Made by a program: the position numbers and the translations under genes. Below the pieces are notes generated by a model. The model ran no database searches and was not told where the DNA came from. It saw nothing but the letters and a program-made list of their open reading frames with translations. Positions 1-13,109 of a stretch of DNA of 64,000 nucleotides are shown here, piece after piece; the first letter of the stretch is position 1, and every line of letters starts with the position of its first letter. Source of the stretch: Anaerohalosphaeraceae bacterium (GTDB lineage Bacteria > Planctomycetota > Phycisphaerae > Sedimentisphaerales > Anaerohalosphaeraceae); contig CAXXSL010000013.1 of NCBI GenBank assembly GCA_963675525.2, positions 544,001-608,000 on the forward strand, read 5' to 3'.

Positions 1-2457
<2,457 letters not shown>

Positions 2458-2846
2458 TTATTCCGATTTAAAACATATTTATGATGAGTAATCTCTTGAC
2501 TATAAGCGATAAGCAGAATTACTTCAATAACGCCGACGGAAATTGTTTTATTGCCACCAAAGCCGTTTTGGGATAATAACTCCTGATGAACAGCGAAAAA
2601 ACAGGATACAATCAATCGCATATGCGTTTGCATGTTTGAAGTTCAGGACTTTTCGCAGCTGACTTTTTTTTCATGACCCCCAACCTTCCGTCGCTATTTT
2701 ACGTATAAGAATAGGTAACAATATGTTCAGTTGGAGGTTTAAAACGATGCAGAATGTCCATCTACATACCCCCGACTGGATGCACAAGCCCCCGTGGCAT
2801 GCGAGAATAATAAAAAATGACGGAACATCAGGAAGGGAGGCGTATT

Positions 2847-3365
2847 ATGACGCTGTTAGAGTATCTAAATGCACAGCACTGTGATTACAAGGTCACCGAA
2901 CACAAACCTGTTTACACCGCCCAGCAGTTGGCAGCCACTGAGCACATTTCCGGCAGGCAGGTCGCCAAACCGGTGGTGGTTCGGGCCGACGGGCGGTTTT
3001 ATGTCTGTGTCTTGCCCGCCGACCGAAAGATCGACCTGTATGCACTGCAGAAACATCTGAAAGCCAAAAATGTTCTGCTGGCCAATGAACACGAAATGGA
3101 ACATCTGTTTGCCGATACTGAACTGGGTGCCGAGCCCCCGCTGGGCAATCTTTACAACCTGCCGACATTGATGGATAAATCGCTGACCAAAGACAAACAA
3201 ATCGTCTTCCTGGCCGGCAGTCATGAGCAATCCATCTGGATATCCATGAGCCAGTACCGCAAGCTGGCCAATCCCGTCATCGCCTCGTTCAGTTATCCGG
3301 CGTCATTTGACGAGATCGAGTCGATGCCCTTTGACCCGTTCTTCTATGACCCTTACGGTTTATAA
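2847..3365 (+). CDS. YbaK/EbsC (aminoacyl-tRNA deacylase-like) protein
   Basis: H.PVYTAQQLA...VAKPVVV...E.GAEPPLG.LY.LPTLMD motifs; GGAGG RBS before the ATG at 2847. Confidence 0.85.
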   Translation: MTLLEYLNAQHCDYKVTEHKPVYTAQQLAATEHISGRQVAKPVVVRADGRFYVCVLPADRKIDLYALQKHLKAKNVLLANEHEMEHLFADTELGAEPPLGNLYNLPTLMDKSLTKDKQIVFLAGSHEQSIWISMSQYRKLANPVIASFSYPASFDEIESMPFDPFFYDPYGL

Positions 3366-3442
3366 ATAAAAGCGTCGTGCAGCAGCGATATCCAGAGCCG
3401 GGGACGTCAGTGACCGGTTTTCGTAAAGCAATCAGCGCGCAC

Positions 3443-3484
3443 AAAAAAGAGGCCCTAATCACCCTCCGACAGGCCTCTTTTTTT
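3443..3484. terminator. Bidirectional intrinsic terminator
   Basis: AAAAAAGAGGCC...GGCCTCTTTTTTT between convergent genes. Confidence 0.7.
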
Positions 3485-3521
3485 GCCATCACCTTTAGCA
3501 AGATGATGATATAGAATTATA

Positions 3522-4292
3522 TTAAACTCTGCGTTTCCGCAGCAGCAACCCGCCCGATCCCAGCAACACCATCGTCGCCGGTTCGGGAACTAAGTACGCC
3601 GCGTCAGATCCGAACTCGACCATCACACCGTTATCATAAAGAAAATTCAGATCGGTCAGCGCCTGGCTCAAATCCAGCGTAATGATAACCGTATCGCCGA
3701 TGGCTCCAAGCCCGCCCATCGGGATAATCGGCGTCGATATACCGCTTTGCGATACAATGCCGCCCTGAGGACCGTCAATATTACTCGGGCCGTCAAGATT
3801 CGCACCGCCAAACGCCGTCGTCTGAGCCTTTTCGGCGCTCACAAGATTTGTCAGCAAACCAGTCCCGTCCATATTTCCATATCCCCATTCGCCGCTGAGG
3901 TCATCGCCCGGCCCAACCATCGTATCCATATCATACGAGGCGCCGCCGGGACCCAGCACAACCGTTCCCCCTGTGATCATCGCATCGCCATTGTAACCGG
4001 GGTGTCCAAAATCAAATGAAATGGCCGTTAAGATCTGGGCGGCATTATCAAAACCCAGGGGAACATCGGTCGATGTATTCGTCAAAGTGATTTTCATCAC
4101 GGTTGGATCGGCGGTATCCAATGAAAACACTGCCTGCGCACTGAGACCATTTAACTGGCTCGTGGATACGGGGCTATGATTGGACGCACTGTCAAATATG
4201 AACATTTCGGTGTAAAGTGTCGCAGAAGAAATACTTGAGAAGCCAAACACCCCTAAAATAAAGACCACTACAAACCTTTTCATCTTTCGCAC
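3522..4292 (-). CDS. PEP-CTERM exosortase-targeted surface protein
   Basis: N-terminal signal peptide; C-terminal VPEPATMVLLGSGGLLLRKRRV. Confidence 0.9.
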   Translation of the reverse strand: MRKMKRFVVVFILGVFGFSSISSATLYTEMFIFDSASNHSPVSTSQLNGLSAQAVFSLDTADPTVMKITLTNTSTDVPLGFDNAAQILTAISFDFGHPGYNGDAMITGGTVVLGPGGASYDMDTMVGPGDDLSGEWGYGNMDGTGLLTNLVSAEKAQTTAFGGANLDGPSNIDGPQGGIVSQSGISTPIIPMGGLGAIGDTVIITLDLSQALTDLNFLYDNGVMVEFGSDAAYLVPEPATMVLLGSGGLLLRKRRV

Positions 4293-4395
4293 TCCTCTCG
4301 CTTCCCCGCTCCACCGGGAAAAGCGCTTTCCATCTTACTCCAATTTAATGGATGTAATTCTCCTCCTCATCCATTTGTCCCCATTCACCCAATCT

Positions 4396-4424
4396 ATTGT
4401 AGGTCTTTCACGCAACAAAGTCAA
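4396..4424 (-). promoter_or_regulatory. Sigma70-like promoter for the PEP-CTERM gene
   Basis: Minus strand TTGACT-N17-TACAAT. Confidence 0.55.
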
Positions 4425-4676
4425 GTTTTTTTGAATCCCAAACCTCCGTAGAAATACTGATAACTTGTTTTTGGAAAAGAAGTTGCCGTTATTCGACAAT
4501 CACGCAAATCCTTCATACACCTAAAGTTATAGGTTTCACGTCCGGAATAAAACCATTGCGTCTTTTTGATAATTTTTTTCTGTTTTATTGAAAATTTACA
4601 AACAATTCCATCGAAGACGGAGGTGATAACCGTAAATGCCGTTTTTCAGGCGGCTCACCGGGGCGGGGGTCTCGCC

Positions 4677-4716
4677 AAAAAAAAAAGAGGCCTTTTCAAA
4701 ATGAAAAGGTCTCTTT
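4677..4716 (-). terminator. Intrinsic terminator
   Basis: A10-GAGGCCTTTTCA-AAA-TGAAAAGGTCTCTTT hairpin downstream of the 4780..5436 gene. Confidence 0.7.
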
Positions 4717-4779
4717 AATAATCTTCACATCCCTACCTCTTAAAACAGAGGTTGGTGCTTTATCTTACTTTTCTTTGTC

Positions 4780-5436
4780 TTACGTCTTGCGACGGATCAG
4801 TAAACCGCCCAGTCCCAGCAGCACCAGTGTAGCCGGTTCCGGAACACAGATTGTATCGATGATCACCCGATCAACATAAACCGAACCGCCAATCAGAATT
4901 TGTTCAAATGCAGGATTGGGTTCCAGGTGAATCAGAAATGTGCTGTGGAACCATCCCGGTTCCAGCGGACTTTCCGCCAGCAGTTGACCGGCCACGTCAA
5001 TCGGCCTGTTATCCGCCATGACCGCGGTCACTTCCGGATCGCCGAAAGGGGTCTGCTCTGACCAGATCACCTGAACCAGGATATCCTTGAACGGATTGGG
5101 ATCTGGAAAATTCGGGATATCAATAAGCAGCGAACCGGACAGCGGCACAACACCGATACGGCACATGTACTCCTGCTGCCAGCCTGTGGTGGCACCCGGA
5201 AAGTACTGCAAGGCCGCCGGACCCATCGGATTTTGATCAATGTCAGGCGGGATCAAAATACCCGGATTCGTTGGCTGATCAAACATCCATGCCTGCATCG
5301 TCGACCCCGGAAGGCCTCTAAACGGCGCACCTGCATCATCTAATTCTAATACACCCAGTGACGAAGCACTCAGTGCGATAACAACAAGAAATAACTGTAA
5401 TCTTTTCATCTCTCTCGTCCCCCTGCTTTTCATCAT
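4780..5436 (-). CDS. PEP-CTERM surface protein
   Basis: Signal peptide; C-terminal VPEPATLVLLGLGGLLIRRKT. Confidence 0.9.
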   Translation of the reverse strand: MMKSRGTREMKRLQLFLVVIALSASSLGVLELDDAGAPFRGLPGSTMQAWMFDQPTNPGILIPPDIDQNPMGPAALQYFPGATTGWQQEYMCRIGVVPLSGSLLIDIPNFPDPNPFKDILVQVIWSEQTPFGDPEVTAVMADNRPIDVAGQLLAESPLEPGWFHSTFLIHLEPNPAFEQILIGGSVYVDRVIIDTICVPEPATLVLLGLGGLLIRRKT

Positions 5437-5669
5437 CCAATCGAAAAGCTTCCTGGTAAAATCTCCTCACATTTTTTTCGGGTGAACCGTTCCGTCTTTA
5501 CCCCCATTTCAATAACATGCAGTATACCATTTTTTACGCAAAAAATCAATCGATCGGGCATGCTTTGACCGGTGCTGTGCGTCCTATAGAAACCACTTCC
5601 GGCAGTCACGCCGCAATGACTCTGCAGCATAACCCGATAATAAAAATCGTTCCTGCTTCAGAACACAAT

Positions 5670-7157
5670 TTAGTACCGGCTCATCCGGTTATTGCGTCCG
5701 ATAAAGGCATTGACAAAAAAATAGCGCAATGCGTCGATGGGGTGGTCATGAATGCCATCTTTTTTCGGCAGTTCCGATTGCACAACCGCCCCCGTTTCCG
5801 GATAGTGATAGCACTGCATCGCTTCGATCAGATGCTTACATCCCGGATCGATAACGAGCCGATGCGACCCGTCACCGGCACGCAGATGCGCGCGGATTTT
5901 TTCAATGCCTTCCAAAATCCGGCTGTGTTGATGTTTCACGCGAATCCCCGCCCTGGCTAATTCCTTGATCTCGCTGCTGCCGGAAACGCCGTCATGTCCC
6001 GCTCCGGCCGGGTCGCCGAAGGTCCCGGCCACCTGCGATTCAGCACAGGGTGTTCGAGCCTTCAACACAACGGCATGTTCGGCGATCCGCATTCGACGTT
6101 GAACATATTCATCGATCACCCGCACCACGTCACCGTCAACCTGAATCCATAAACATACAAACGGATTCGTAAACCCAAAGTCCATCGCCCGGTATAGCGG
6201 CAGCGTCGGATCATAGACAACCGGCCCTACATGCACGTCCGGGTCAAACTCGGCAAACACCGCGTTTTCCAGATTCGGACGCAGGCACAGCATCTCGCTT
6301 TCAAACCCGGCCCGACTGCTGCGACGCATCTGGGCGATGCAGTCGTCAATTTTCAAATAGCCTCTGGCCCGGCGTGCCTTGCCGCCGCAGTCGCTGTTCA
6401 ACGGACACCGGCTGCAACTGCGATCTTTGCCGCATCGCTCGATGACCTCCCACATGCACCACTGAAAGACCGGGATGCCGCTGTTCGCGGAGTCATCGAT
6501 CAGCTTCTGCATCAGGCCGTACGGCCGGTGCATCGTGCTGAACATTTCCATCGCCGCCAGATGGCCGTCGGCGCTGCGGGTGACGAACTTGGCGGCATTG
6601 AAAATAGCTTCATCGAACAGCTCGATCTCGTCGCAGCGCAGCTTGTGAACATGCCGACCGCGCACGGCTCGGGCCGATTGCGCCAGGACCTGTACGGTTG
6701 TACCGTTTTGAAAACGGCAGGATCCCTTCAGCATCTTACCGTCCAGGCGATCTTCAAATCCCCGCTCGACAAACTCGCACAGGTATTCATATATCCGGCT
6801 GGACTGGTCCAGCGACCCGGCCAGAACCCGCGTCTGGCATCGGGGCTTGAACAACCCTTCCAGCAGCGTCGTAACTGCCGCGAGTTGGGTTTTGCCGCCG
6901 CCCCGGTTGGCCCACACAATGCAGTCGCCGCTGGTTAATTTTTTCCTTTTATTGAATCCCCCCATTTCGCAGCTGTACGCATGCCACAAATAATCCATCG
7001 GCGAAGCATGATGCCCGCAAATATGCCGGTCCGGCACAACAAAGTCGGCATGTTCTTTTAAATACACCTTCAGCTCGTAACGATTCCGCGGCACCGCATC
7101 GCGATCAATTTTCCCCGGTTTTTTACGATCTTCCTTTGTGGCTACTGTCTGTTCCAT
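5670..7157 (-). CDS. Phage terminase large subunit (DNA-packaging ATPase/nuclease)
   Basis: Walker A ANRGGGKT, VRG...LRCDEIE Walker B, coupling motif FSTM, RNase H-like nuclease AMDFGFTNP, GDPAG, terminal DHPIDALRY; AAGGAG RBS. Confidence 0.9.
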   Translation of the reverse strand: MEQTVATKEDRKKPGKIDRDAVPRNRYELKVYLKEHADFVVPDRHICGHHASPMDYLWHAYSCEMGGFNKRKKLTSGDCIVWANRGGGKTQLAAVTTLLEGLFKPRCQTRVLAGSLDQSSRIYEYLCEFVERGFEDRLDGKMLKGSCRFQNGTTVQVLAQSARAVRGRHVHKLRCDEIELFDEAIFNAAKFVTRSADGHLAAMEMFSTMHRPYGLMQKLIDDSANSGIPVFQWCMWEVIERCGKDRSCSRCPLNSDCGGKARRARGYLKIDDCIAQMRRSSRAGFESEMLCLRPNLENAVFAEFDPDVHVGPVVYDPTLPLYRAMDFGFTNPFVCLWIQVDGDVVRVIDEYVQRRMRIAEHAVVLKARTPCAESQVAGTFGDPAGAGHDGVSGSSEIKELARAGIRVKHQHSRILEGIEKIRAHLRAGDGSHRLVIDPGCKHLIEAMQCYHYPETGAVVQSELPKKDGIHDHPIDALRYFFVNAFIGRNNRMSRY

Positions 7158-7341
7158 TGATATGCTCCTTCTCGAAATGGTGTTAGATGATGCACTTCAG
7201 TTCAGATGAAAACGTTATGGCGCAATTCGTCCGTCATCGCTTTAGCAAAGATGGAACCCTTGTGCATGAAGTGTCTGTCGATGCCGGGCCGTGCGCCCCG
7301 TGCCCAAGCGGGTAATGATAAGCCGCAACTACAATCTTGAT

Positions 7342-7770
7342 TCAGCAGGACCGCAGGTAGTCGATGGCGTTGTCGATGAAATTGATGATTGCGCCCTTGG
7401 CGCCCCGGACCTCGTCATATTCTTTGAGTTGGCCCTTTGATTGGAGGGTATCGCGAACCAATTCGATCTCCTGTAATTCTTCCGCATCAATCCAAAGTCC
7501 TTCGCACGATTTGCACATCTCCACCGTAACGTATGTTTGAGGATAGTTAAATTCAAACATCAGTTCCTGGCAGACCGGACAGACACGCAAAACCTGTTTG
7601 GCTTCGTCAGGCAGCGATAATTCTTTGATCGCCAACGGGCTGACTTTTTCAAACTCACCCTTTTCCAGCCAGAAACCTTTGCACTGTGTGCAATAGTTTA
7701 TGGCGACACCGCCGCCTTCTTTGACCGTGCCTTCTCTGAGTGGATGTGTTTTACATTTTGGACAGTACAT
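7342..7770 (-). CDS. Tandem zf-TFIIB-type zinc-ribbon protein
   Basis: CPKC...CTQCKGFWLEKGE and CPVC...CKSCEGLWIDAEEL repeats; start taken at MYCPKC. Confidence 0.8.
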   Translation of the reverse strand: MYCPKCKTHPLREGTVKEGGGVAINYCTQCKGFWLEKGEFEKVSPLAIKELSLPDEAKQVLRVCPVCQELMFEFNYPQTYVTVEMCKSCEGLWIDAEELQEIELVRDTLQSKGQLKEYDEVRGAKGAIINFIDNAIDYLRSC

Positions 7771-7780
7771 TGTTCTTCTC

Positions 7781-8575
7781 CTACCAACTCCCCGTTGCAC
7801 CGCCGCCGCCGGAAAAACCGCCGCCGAAACCGCCGCCGAAACCACCGACTCCGCCATCGCTTGAACCGGCCTCCGGCAAACTTTCGACAGTCTTTTTGGC
7901 CATCACGAATAACGCCAGAAGCAAGATGATGATAAAACCGGCGCAAATCCAGCCCCAGCCGCGCTTGCCGCTACGGAACAGGCTTATGGTAACCGGTATC
8001 AGGAAAATGATGAGCCCGACGACAGCCAGCTTGACCCTGCCGGGAATCAAACGCATACGGCCGAACTCCAAAATCAGGGCGCGCGTGCCTTTGATGATAC
8101 CTTTATCGTAACGGTTTTTTTTGAATTGCGGGATAATGACCTTTTGCATAATGCGATTAGCGTCACCGTCTCGCGAGCGTCCGTAATAAGCGCCCAGTTC
8201 GATCCGCGCCTTGCGGTCCTTAACCGCCACCACAAACAGAACGCCGTCGTTTTTCGGCATGTTGCCGATGCCGTATGCATCGAACAGGCCCGTGGCAAAT
8301 GTTTCGATGCTGCTGTTGGCCGTGCCGGGGTAGTCATGAATCGAATCGATGGTCACCACCGCCATTTCGAATCCGTTTTCTTTTTCGCAGGTATACAGCC
8401 AGCTCTCGAGTTCTTCTTCCTGTACAGCCGTCAGCAGTCGGGCATGGTCGGTCACATAGCCCCGGTCCGGCTGCGGATACGGGGCGTAACTTTTTTCAGT
8501 ATCCACCGCCAAAACCAATGCGCTGCACAAACCAGCGCAGACAATGAACAGACTGTAAAAATAATTATTCTTCAT
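7781..8575 (-). CDS. TPM-domain (YgcG-like) membrane protein
   Basis: YVTDHA.LL, GIG...DGVLFVVAVKDRKARIELG, Gly-rich tail GGGFSGGGGATGSW. Confidence 0.88.
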   Translation of the reverse strand: MKNNYFYSLFIVCAGLCSALVLAVDTEKSYAPYPQPDRGYVTDHARLLTAVQEEELESWLYTCEKENGFEMAVVTIDSIHDYPGTANSSIETFATGLFDAYGIGNMPKNDGVLFVVAVKDRKARIELGAYYGRSRDGDANRIMQKVIIPQFKKNRYDKGIIKGTRALILEFGRMRLIPGRVKLAVVGLIIFLIPVTISLFRSGKRGWGWICAGFIIILLLALFVMAKKTVESLPEAGSSDGGVGGFGGGFGGGFSGGGGATGSW

Positions 8576-9014
8576 ACGCGATCTCGTCGCTAAGCTCGTT
8601 TTGGTCGTCGGCGCCACAGGGAAAATAGGCGTGCAGTTTTTCACCGATGCATTCGATGCCGACCGTAAGCCCTGTGCCGAATTGGTCCTGGCGGAAATGC
8701 GATGCCATGGCGTCTTTGACATCATCCCAGAAGGATTGGCCGACCTGTTGATGGATGCCTTCGTCGCCGTAGATGAGAAATTCGCAATTGGTCGTGACCA
8801 GCAAAATAAGCACCGCGTTTCGCTGCCGTGTTTTGTTCAGGCCGTGCTTTTTGAACAGGTAGGCAGCTTTCTGTCTGATCTCCAGCCAGCAATACCGCAA
8901 CACGATCAGCTTGATCTCCGCTGACGTGGCCTTTTCAGCCTGTGCAATCGCAGCGCCGATCTGGTCCTGCTCAGCGGGACTAAAAAACGCATCGGGATGG
9001 GTTAACCGCTTCAT
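8565..9014 (-). CDS. TPM-domain protein
   Basis: AIAQAEKATSAEI...T.QRNAVLI...GDEGIH...DDQNELSDEI; overlaps the partner TPM gene. Confidence 0.88.
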   Translation of the reverse strand: MKRLTHPDAFFSPAEQDQIGAAIAQAEKATSAEIKLIVLRYCWLEIRQKAAYLFKKHGLNKTRQRNAVLILLVTTNCEFLIYGDEGIHQQVGQSFWDDVKDAMASHFRQDQFGTGLTVGIECIGEKLHAYFPCGADDQNELSDEIAYEE

Positions 9015-9382
9015 GATCCGTCCTCTGTTTATCCTTCGTAAACCACCCCTATCATACGCACATAGATACAAACGTCAAGCAATAAATTCCGTTGCAGTTT
9101 TTTATGTGGTATCATAAAAAAGTTCTAAAGAGGCCCATAAATTTATCATGTAAATCCAGTCCATCCCGCCAAAAAGACTTTTTCTAAGCCATATCCAAAA
9201 TTCGTAACGAATGGTCCTTCTGTGTTTTTTGACCAAATTATTGTGAACACTTCCCACCCATCGAAGTGGAGCAAAAGCAAAGCGTTATCGCAGGCCTTTA
9301 AAACGCTGCTGAAAACCAGATAAAAAACAGGGCCGCAAAATCGCTTTCGCCGCCCTGTTGTGTTATTTGATTTTAAATGTCT

Positions 9383-10672
9383 TTATTGCAGTGCCGATTC
9401 GACGCTGACAGTAAACTCGCCTTCGTCGGGGAACGGACCGTTGTAGCCTGCGACACGGATATAGATCGTCTCGTCTTGGTCCATGTAATAGTAGGTGATT
9501 GATTCGCTGCCGTAGTTTTCTACACAGTCAATCTCGCTGCCCCCGCAGGCGTCCCAGATCGACAAGGTGCTGTCAAATTGAGCTGGGTCGGCGATCTCCA
9601 CGTTGATATTGTACCAGGAACCCCACGGTGCAGTAAACGAGTACCAGACATCCTTGCCGTCGCTGCCGGAGGAACACGTGTCCATCGCCCCGCCGGTGGC
9701 ACCAAAATTATTGCCGACAACCGGTACATCCAGCGTCAACGCAATCGCGTTACTGCATGCGTCATTTGCGAGAATCGTCTCCAGCCAGAACTGCGCCAGA
9801 ATTGCCAGATCGCCCAGATCCACACGACCGCTGCCGTCGATATCCGCATCGGCAGCCGTCAGCACCGGTCCGGTACCCGGGGAGAGGGTCAGACTCAGAT
9901 TCATCTCCACAGAAGAATCCGCCATCCCCGGGTTGGTGCCGGTATAGGCTGTAGCAATTACGCCGCCATGCAGACCGATGACATCGCCGATCTGCGCTGA
10001 AAATGTTGCCTGGCCGGTATACTCGCCGTCGGAATCCTGCATACTAATGGTATGTACAATTTCACTCGGCTGCGGATCGTCGTAATCGGCGCAGTTCAAC
10101 GTAATTAGAATATCCCCGTCTTCGGGGCCGTGCACTATCGCCGAGTAGGAACTGCCGCCCTCGGACATGGTCATGATCATTGCCGCATAATCCACCGTCA
10201 CCGTAACCCAGTCACCGGTCGATTCGCCCGCTTCCGGAGTAATTTCATAAAAGTTGCCGGTTGCATAGCCCGGATCTACCATCTCGGCCCCGGCCCAGGC
10301 AAAAGCTTCTTCGCCTTCGGGCGTGGTAATCTCAACATACGAAGACGAATAGGCATACAGTTGAATCATATTATCCATAAACACTTCGTTTGTTTGGATG
10401 GAAATATCAATCATGCTCTCACTTTCGGCAACGACAAACTCATCCGGCTGTACTTCGATATAGGTGTTTGAATACGTTCCGTTGAAGTTCGGATGCCATT
10501 CATCATACCGATCGGTAAATTCATTCGGCTCGGGTATGTCGGCACGCGTCAAAGCGTCTGAGTTGCAGTACGTCATTTCCTGCACCGGCGAAAAAGACGC
10601 CGCCTGAACAATCCCCATCATCACCACACACATCACCCACAGTCCCGCTAATGCCCTACGCTTCATTTTCAT
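9383..10672 (-). CDS. Secreted protein with dockerin-like repeat and C-terminal PPC-like beta-sandwich
   Basis: Signal peptide; ADIDGSGRVDLGDLAILAQFWL; ANDACSNAIAL...DVWYSFTA...YIRVAGY. Confidence 0.75.
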   Translation of the reverse strand: MKMKRRALAGLWVMCVVMMGIVQAASFSPVQEMTYCNSDALTRADIPEPNEFTDRYDEWHPNFNGTYSNTYIEVQPDEFVVAESESMIDISIQTNEVFMDNMIQLYAYSSSYVEITTPEGEEAFAWAGAEMVDPGYATGNFYEITPEAGESTGDWVTVTVDYAAMIMTMSEGGSSYSAIVHGPEDGDILITLNCADYDDPQPSEIVHTISMQDSDGEYTGQATFSAQIGDVIGLHGGVIATAYTGTNPGMADSSVEMNLSLTLSPGTGPVLTAADADIDGSGRVDLGDLAILAQFWLETILANDACSNAIALTLDVPVVGNNFGATGGAMDTCSSGSDGKDVWYSFTAPWGSWYNINVEIADPAQFDSTLSIWDACGGSEIDCVENYGSESITYYYMDQDETIYIRVAGYNGPFPDEGEFTVSVESALQ

Positions 10673-10917
10673 CCCCTTTCGCAAATCATTGTTATAAAGA
10701 TGGTATCTTTTTTGACGACAAGTACTTATACAAATCACTTCAACAGGCAGGCAACTGAATTCTAAACGACCATATCGTTTGATGACTAATTCGAGACAGG
10801 ATTATACCAAAAACGCCGATAATAATCAAGTTTTTTGTGAAATTGATGTTTTTTGTACGACCGTCCCTGAATTTTATTGAACATGTATTTATTTTTTACG
10901 CTTACATATAATAAGGA

Positions 10918-11031
10918 TTAATCCAATGGTGCTCCGTTGAAATAGGTAAAGGCTTCCGTGCTGCCGGCAACACCATAGACCGTTGAGGACACTGTACTCT
11001 GAACATAGCCCTCCAGCGTCACCACATCATT
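10918..11031 (-). pseudogene. Orphan 3' fragment of a C1q-like domain gene, paralogous to 13110..13222
   Basis: Translates DVVTLEGYVQSTVSSTVYGVAGSTEAFTYFNGAPLD*, versus DVVTLEGYVQTSSSVNVYGASSGTEAFTYFNGARVD* at 13110; no upstream ORF. Confidence 0.8.
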
Positions 11032-11173
11032 TGAAACAAAAAAAACAATCCCTTATTGTATATAGGAATTACGCGTTTTTTTCTTGATATCAGATGATTT
11101 TGTTGTATAATGTAAATAAAGGTGAATTTAAACATTGGAAGAGTTTCATTTTTAGATTCAGGAGGCGAGTATC

Positions 11174-13006
11174 ATGAAAAGTGTTTTAATCTGCGCATTA
11201 ACCATAACCTACGCCGCCATGGCCGCATCAGCTCCATCCGATGTCCGTGTTTTTCCACTGCTGACCACAACATGGGGGCAAACCACTGTCGGCGGCAACG
11301 CCTGTTTCAATTACTACACCCCCGACTCAACCGGCTATCCCCCGACTACACCCGGCTCAGCCGGTAACTACCCATCCGGCTGTGTCGCTACCGGAATGGC
11401 ACAGGTCGTCAACTATCACCAATGGGCCCTGCCGCAGTATCCCTACGGCACAACATTCACCATCTCCGCAGACGGCACTCCATATTCTGCCAGTATCATG
11501 GGCGGCACATTGGGCGGCAATTACGATTGGTCAATCATGCCGAATATCTCGACCAGTCTCGCATCCCGTCAGGAGGCAGGCCGTCTGCTTCACGATCTGG
11601 GCGCAGCCTTGTCGATGCAATACTATTCATGGGCAAACTGGGGGTCAGCCACCGATTTTGATTACATTGACAATGTCTTTATGAACTTTAACTATTCCAA
11701 TGCCGTCACGCTTGAAGGCAACATGCTGGTCGGCGGCACCCTCGTCGCATCGTCCATCCCGGCTGCACTGGCCGAACCGGCAATCACCACAAATCTGGAC
11801 GCGGGACTGCCCGTCCTGATCGGTGTCAATGACAATTTACTGCAAAGCGGCCATGTCCTCGTCATTGATGGCTACGGCGTCGATTCATCAGGAACCACGT
11901 GGTTTCACTGGAATTTCGGAATGCCCGTTCAGGGCGTTACACCCCCGGCAACCAATCTCGGCTGGTTTACCCTGCCCGGCGTTGGCACTACAAACGACTC
12001 TGCCGGGTATACCGTTCTGGATGGTATCGCAATGAATATTTTTCACACGAACCCGCCGGTATTGTATCCGACTGGCGAGATCATCAGCGGCCGTATTATC
12101 GACATGACCGGCAATCCCGTCAGCGGTGCCCGCGTCGACATCACCGGCCCGGGTGTCCCTATTACCGTATATACGAACGCTGAAGGCATTTTTGCTTCTT
12201 ACGGTACGATCGCTTCAAACGCGTCGTATCTCGTCGCCGTTTCCGCCGCAAGTTATACACCGCACAATATCCCGGTGAACACCGGCATTACCTTAAAGAC
12301 ATGGTCCGGCACTTCCACAAACGGAAGCTATATCAACACTGTCGGAAACAGACGCGTCGATCTGACGCTTCAGTCCGGCATCTGCGACTTGGCCGAATTT
12401 GCCGGATTCTCTCAGCACTGGAACACATGGCATACCCAAACCAGCAACCCCGCCAACCGATACGACTACAACGGCGACTGGAACGTGGATGCCGCAGACC
12501 TCACACGCCTCGTCACGGCATGGCTTGCAACACCCGTCCCGTTCAGAACGGAAATGATGATCCCCTTTGGCGCCACCGGCTCTATGCCCGCAAACTATCC
12601 ATGGCAGTATGCCGGTTCCGGCGGCGCATGGTCCGTCGTTAGCTTCCCGATGGTCGCGGCCGAGTCTCCCGCAATCACGCACAATCAATCAACCTCCTTC
12701 AATCTGCCGGTCAAGCTATACCCCGGAACAACCGGCAATATTGATATCATGTTTACTTTGGAATGCGACACCGAGATGAATGCCGATGTCTTTGAATTCC
12801 TCGTCGACGGCGTCGTGCAGACCGAAATGGGCGGCTTCTCCGCCTTCAGCGGAATGATTATGAACCAACCGATGAACTATCAACTGACAGGGATCACCGC
12901 GCCGACACTGAAAACACTGCAATGGCGATATACCAAAGACGCCGCCAACAGCAGCGGCGCCGATAAGGTATGGATCGGAAATATTGATGTGATCGCACAG
13001 CCCTAA
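11174..13006 (+). CDS. Secreted peptidase C10 (streptopain-like) with carboxypeptidase-regulatory-like, dockerin-like and C-terminal beta-sandwich domains
   Basis: PLLTTTWGQ, SGCVATGMAQ (catalytic Cys), GHVLVIDGY (His), FHWNFG; upstream TTGATA-N16-TATAAT. Confidence 0.85.
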   Translation: MKSVLICALTITYAAMAASAPSDVRVFPLLTTTWGQTTVGGNACFNYYTPDSTGYPPTTPGSAGNYPSGCVATGMAQVVNYHQWALPQYPYGTTFTISADGTPYSASIMGGTLGGNYDWSIMPNISTSLASRQEAGRLLHDLGAALSMQYYSWANWGSATDFDYIDNVFMNFNYSNAVTLEGNMLVGGTLVASSIPAALAEPAITTNLDAGLPVLIGVNDNLLQSGHVLVIDGYGVDSSGTTWFHWNFGMPVQGVTPPATNLGWFTLPGVGTTNDSAGYTVLDGIAMNIFHTNPPVLYPTGEIISGRIIDMTGNPVSGARVDITGPGVPITVYTNAEGIFASYGTIASNASYLVAVSAASYTPHNIPVNTGITLKTWSGTSTNGSYINTVGNRRVDLTLQSGICDLAEFAGFSQHWNTWHTQTSNPANRYDYNGDWNVDAADLTRLVTAWLATPVPFRTEMMIPFGATGSMPANYPWQYAGSGGAWSVVSFPMVAAESPAITHNQSTSFNLPVKLYPGTTGNIDIMFTLECDTEMNADVFEFLVDGVVQTEMGGFSAFSGMIMNQPMNYQLTGITAPTLKTLQWRYTKDAANSSGADKVWIGNIDVIAQP

Positions 13007-13036
13007 CCCAACAGCCAAAACATAATCGAACCTGAC

Positions 13037-13066
13037 AAGCCGGAGTATCAACACTCCGGCTTTTTT
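13037..13066 (+). terminator. Intrinsic terminator
   Basis: AAGCCGGAGT-ATCAAC-ACTCCGGCTTTTTT. Confidence 0.8.
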
Positions 13067-13109
13067 ATGTCGCCAACAGCTCGAATTGTCAAAATCGGCA
13101 CAAAACGAA

